This document shows positions 43,829 to 45,959 of a stretch of 45,959 nucleotides of DNA, in pieces; the stretch's first letter is position 1; every line of letters begins with the position of its first letter. The stretch is from a virus. The notes beneath the pieces are model-generated. The model saw nothing but the letters and a program-made list of their open reading frames with translations. It did no database searches and was not told the DNA's origin. Both the position numbers and the translations under genes were made by a program. The stretch lies in IMG/VR virus record IMGVR_UViG_3300036893_000027; one strand, written 5' to 3'.

Positions 43829-44536
43829 ATGGCCAAGCTACTTAAATGGAACTTATCAAAACTTCAAACACCTTCCAGACCTCTTACAGGGCCGCTTCCT
43901 GACACTTATATTAGGGAACTAACCCGACTATGTGAAGAATTACAAGGGGTTTATCTATCAGGGATTCAGGTTGGAGATGCTCGTTGTTTTGCTATCCCCA
44001 ATCCTAATATGAAGAAGTTTCCTATTATTTACAACCCTGTTATATTGGAACAATATGACGAAATCAAATCTGAAAAAGAAGGTTGCTTGTCATTTCCTGG
44101 TTTGTGGATCTCGATCCCACGCTATAAGTATATTGAAATCTCGTATAAAGATGGCAACTGGAAAGAGTGTAGGGCAACTTTTGGAGCTGAAGATGCTTCG
44201 ACTGAAGAAGCTTTACTTGCCAAAGCTATTCAACACGAGATTTTTCATATGCAAGGCCACGTTATTCACGAAAGAATGAAAAATGCCAAATCAAAAATCA
44301 AAGTTACAGCCGAAATACTCAAAAGATCGTTGGAGCAAAACAAAAGAAATGGTGTACCAAGTATCGTGGAAGGGCCATTGGAGCTGGACCCGAGTACTTT
44401 GCCAGCTATCATCCTCTCTGAGAATAAGGAAGATAATGGACGACTATTATGCGAAGAAAACAGGGGTTTAGATACGGTGACAATGGAACATATAGATGGT
44501 GGTATGCAGACAGAATCAAAAACTCAGGAGCTTTAA
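43829..44536 (+). CDS. def: peptide deformylase
   Basis: Motif 2 EGCLSFPG and motif 3 QHEIFHMQGH (HExxH), with an upstream GIQVGD motif-1-like Gln. Confidence 0.8.
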   Translation: MAKLLKWNLSKLQTPSRPLTGPLPDTYIRELTRLCEELQGVYLSGIQVGDARCFAIPNPNMKKFPIIYNPVILEQYDEIKSEKEGCLSFPGLWISIPRYKYIEISYKDGNWKECRATFGAEDASTEEALLAKAIQHEIFHMQGHVIHERMKNAKSKIKVTAEILKRSLEQNKRNGVPSIVEGPLELDPSTLPAIILSENKEDNGRLLCEENRGLDTVTMEHIDGGMQTESKTQEL

Positions 44537-44569
44537 GAGCAAAGTTCACTTTAAGGCGGATAGGAAACC

Positions 44570-45043
44570 GTGAAAATAGGAAAGCTAAAACTATTTGAGT
44601 CAGCCAAGTATATAGGAGGAAAGGAAGATCCTCTTCTTATACGCTGGATTTTATTCAGGATACCTTCTTTTGGTATCTTCATCCATAAGTTCTGCAGAAG
44701 CGACTACGACAGGGCTCTTCACGATCATCCTTGGACTTTTATAAGCTACATTTTAAAGGGTGGTTATTATGAGTTCACTGAATCTGGTATAGAATGGATA
44801 GGGCCAGGCAGAAGGCTATATAGACCAGCTGAATTTAAGCACAGGGTCGTTCTACAACAGCTCAGTAATGGCCTAAAGAAATGGTTAGAACCTCCCGATC
44901 CTTCTTGGAGCCTGGTATTCGTCTTTAGACGCCGCCGTAAGTGGGGTTTCTGGCTAAAAGATAAGTGGTGTTGGTGGCGTCAGTATGATTATGACAAAGC
45001 CATCTGTTCAGAAGACATACTATGGACAGACGAAAATGACTGA
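44570..45043 (+). CDS. hypothetical protein (GTG start)
   Basis: ORF with RBS-like GGCGGATAGGAAACC-GTG; conserved-looking HDHPWTF block of unknown family. Confidence 0.55.
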   Translation: MKIGKLKLFESAKYIGGKEDPLLIRWILFRIPSFGIFIHKFCRSDYDRALHDHPWTFISYILKGGYYEFTESGIEWIGPGRRLYRPAEFKHRVVLQQLSNGLKKWLEPPDPSWSLVFVFRRRRKWGFWLKDKWCWWRQYDYDKAICSEDILWTDEND

Positions 45044-45332
45044 ATTCAGTGCTCACGATATTGCTAATTTTATAAGCTGGGCTACAGATTTCTGGATATC
45101 AATCCAAGAATACCCTGAACACTGGGCACGAAGATATACCATAGTAGAAATAAGGAAAAAGACAGATAAGATTTGGTATCCGGGCTGTTGGAAAGCTATT
45201 GTAGTATCTCCAGATTTAGTGCTACACTGCGAAAAGCTTGGACTTCTGAAAAGAACTAAAAGATTCGGAGTAAGAGACTTTCTTAGCACGGGTACCCAAG
45301 AGGCCAAAGGGGACGGTCTGCAAAACCGTTAA
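45036..45332 (+). CDS. hypothetical protein whose 3' end overlaps tRNA-Cys
   Basis: ATGA coupling at 45036; no in-frame stop until 45332, so its last 47 nt are shared with the tRNA gene. Confidence 0.4.
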   Translation: MTEFSAHDIANFISWATDFWISIQEYPEHWARRYTIVEIRKKTDKIWYPGCWKAIVVSPDLVLHCEKLGLLKRTKRFGVRDFLSTGTQEAKGDGLQNR

Positions 45333-45359
45333 TCGTGGGTTCGAATCCCACTTCGTGCT
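45286..45359 (+). tRNA. tRNA-Cys (anticodon GCA), CCA encoded
   Basis: Acceptor GCACGGG/TTCGTGC (two G-U), anticodon arm ACGGT-CTGCAAA-ACCGT (GCA at 45320-45322), T-arm GTGGG-TTCGAAT-CCCAC, discriminator U. Confidence 0.8.
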
Positions 45360-45374
45360 CCAGATTAGGAAGAT

Positions 45375-45758
45375 ATGAGCAAAGGAACAGCACATAAAGC
45401 TAAGTTTTACAGAACTATTATGTCTTTCAATCAAGAGGAGAATCACGGAATGATCAAGATTCACGATGGCACACCAATTGGTAATAGATCCCTTTGTCAG
45501 AGTTGCACTAACTGCACTCATATAAAAGGATATGCCCCATCTCAGGAAATAATCATATGTCAGGCAGTATTCGAAAATCCTATGAGAATGACTTTTCCTG
45601 TATATGAATGCAATAGCTACTATAAACAGACTGATACCAAGTTGAAGGATATGGAGAAAGACGCTTGGATTCTTAATATCAAGCGTGGCAGAGTTATGGG
45701 GTTTATTACTGGAGATCAATTTAAAGAAGATAATCCAGATAAGGAAATACTACCCTAA
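45375..45758 (+). CDS. Cys-rich hypothetical protein
   Basis: RBS TTAGGAAGAT-ATG; CQSCTNCTH..ICQ. Confidence 0.55.
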   Translation: MSKGTAHKAKFYRTIMSFNQEENHGMIKIHDGTPIGNRSLCQSCTNCTHIKGYAPSQEIIICQAVFENPMRMTFPVYECNSYYKQTDTKLKDMEKDAWILNIKRGRVMGFITGDQFKEDNPDKEILP

Positions 45759-45959
45759 TGACTCCAACTCAGAAAGCTGCTATTGTTAAGTTAATAGGAC
45801 ATAGGACTACTATTACACAACAACTCATTTTTGATGTGGTGGAAATTCTTGATAAAGAAGGACTTAAGAGTCTCAAAGCAGAAGTTGGAGACAAGCATTC
45901 AGAGTTTGTGCCCGCATCCCACGGCAGAAAGAAGATGAAAGAAGATGAAAAACGTAGTG
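45758..45959 (+). CDS. hypothetical protein (partial, continues beyond window)
   Basis: ATG overlapping the previous stop; open to the window edge. Confidence 0.45.
   Translation, partial: MTPTQKAAIVKLIGHRTTITQQLIFDVVEILDKEGLKSLKAEVGDKHSEFVPASHGRKKMKEDEKRS

Overview
The window looks like part of a large, lytic dsDNA phage genome, probably T4-like or jumbo-class, infecting a Gram-negative host. I call about 95 tightly packed genes, all on the + strand, most with AGGAG-type ribosome-binding sites and frequent ATGA/TAATG start-stop coupling. Many small Zn-ribbon or membrane peptides sit between the longer genes. The minus-strand ORFs in the track all lie inside + strand genes and look spurious.

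Four canonical tRNAs are interspersed: Met/Ile-CAU, Lys-CUU, Leu-CAA and Cys-GCA. There is also one atypical 76-nt tRNA-Arg(UCU)-like element that lacks a D-arm.

Genes I recognise with reasonable confidence:
- 8814-10349: an ATP-dependent DNA ligase fused to a LigD-type phosphoesterase-like N-terminal domain.
- 14762-15259, 15238-15750, 16079-16642: an HNH endonuclease, a lytic transglycosylase and an RNase H.
- 20624-21001: a SprT-like protease.
- 22232-23212, 25021-26229, 28966-30138: a T4-type RNA repair set, comprising polynucleotide kinase-phosphatase, an Rnl5-like (NgrRnl/DraRnl) RNA ligase and a T4 Rnl1-like RNA ligase.
- 26595-27581 and 27539-28957: an NAD+ salvage pair, NMNAT-Nudix plus nicotinamide phosphoribosyltransferase (NadV).
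- 30649-31272, 31954-32418, 32575-33183, 33110-33454: a SPOUT RNA methyltransferase, a NADAR-domain protein, a metallophosphoesterase and a Pth2 peptidyl-tRNA hydrolase.
- 5651-5878: an Flp-type pilin homolog.
- 23599-24213: a secreted protein that resembles an outer-membrane beta-barrel.
- 33683-39815: an envelope-directed block, with coiled-coil membrane proteins (one possibly PspA-like), a 606-aa protein carrying an OmpA-C domain, and a NitT/TauT-type ABC permease and ATPase.
- 40269-42692: an 807-aa major vault protein (MVP) homolog, followed by SSB (42764-43165), a peptide deformylase (43829-44536) and several Zn-ribbon proteins.

Non-coding highlights:
- 11331-11939: a 600-bp repeat- and palindrome-rich intergenic region.
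- 5889-6110: two tandem extended -10 promoters, each followed by a long inverted-repeat module, feeding directly into tRNA-Met.
- 6814-6836 and 11903-11925: a 23-nt motif shared by two intergenic regions.
- Several intrinsic terminators, and a 24-bp perfect tandem duplication inside the gene at 19567-20100.

The most unusual content is the phage-borne MVP homolog with its neighbouring envelope and ABC cassette, and the combined RNA-repair, NAD-reconstitution and NADAR counter-defence island.
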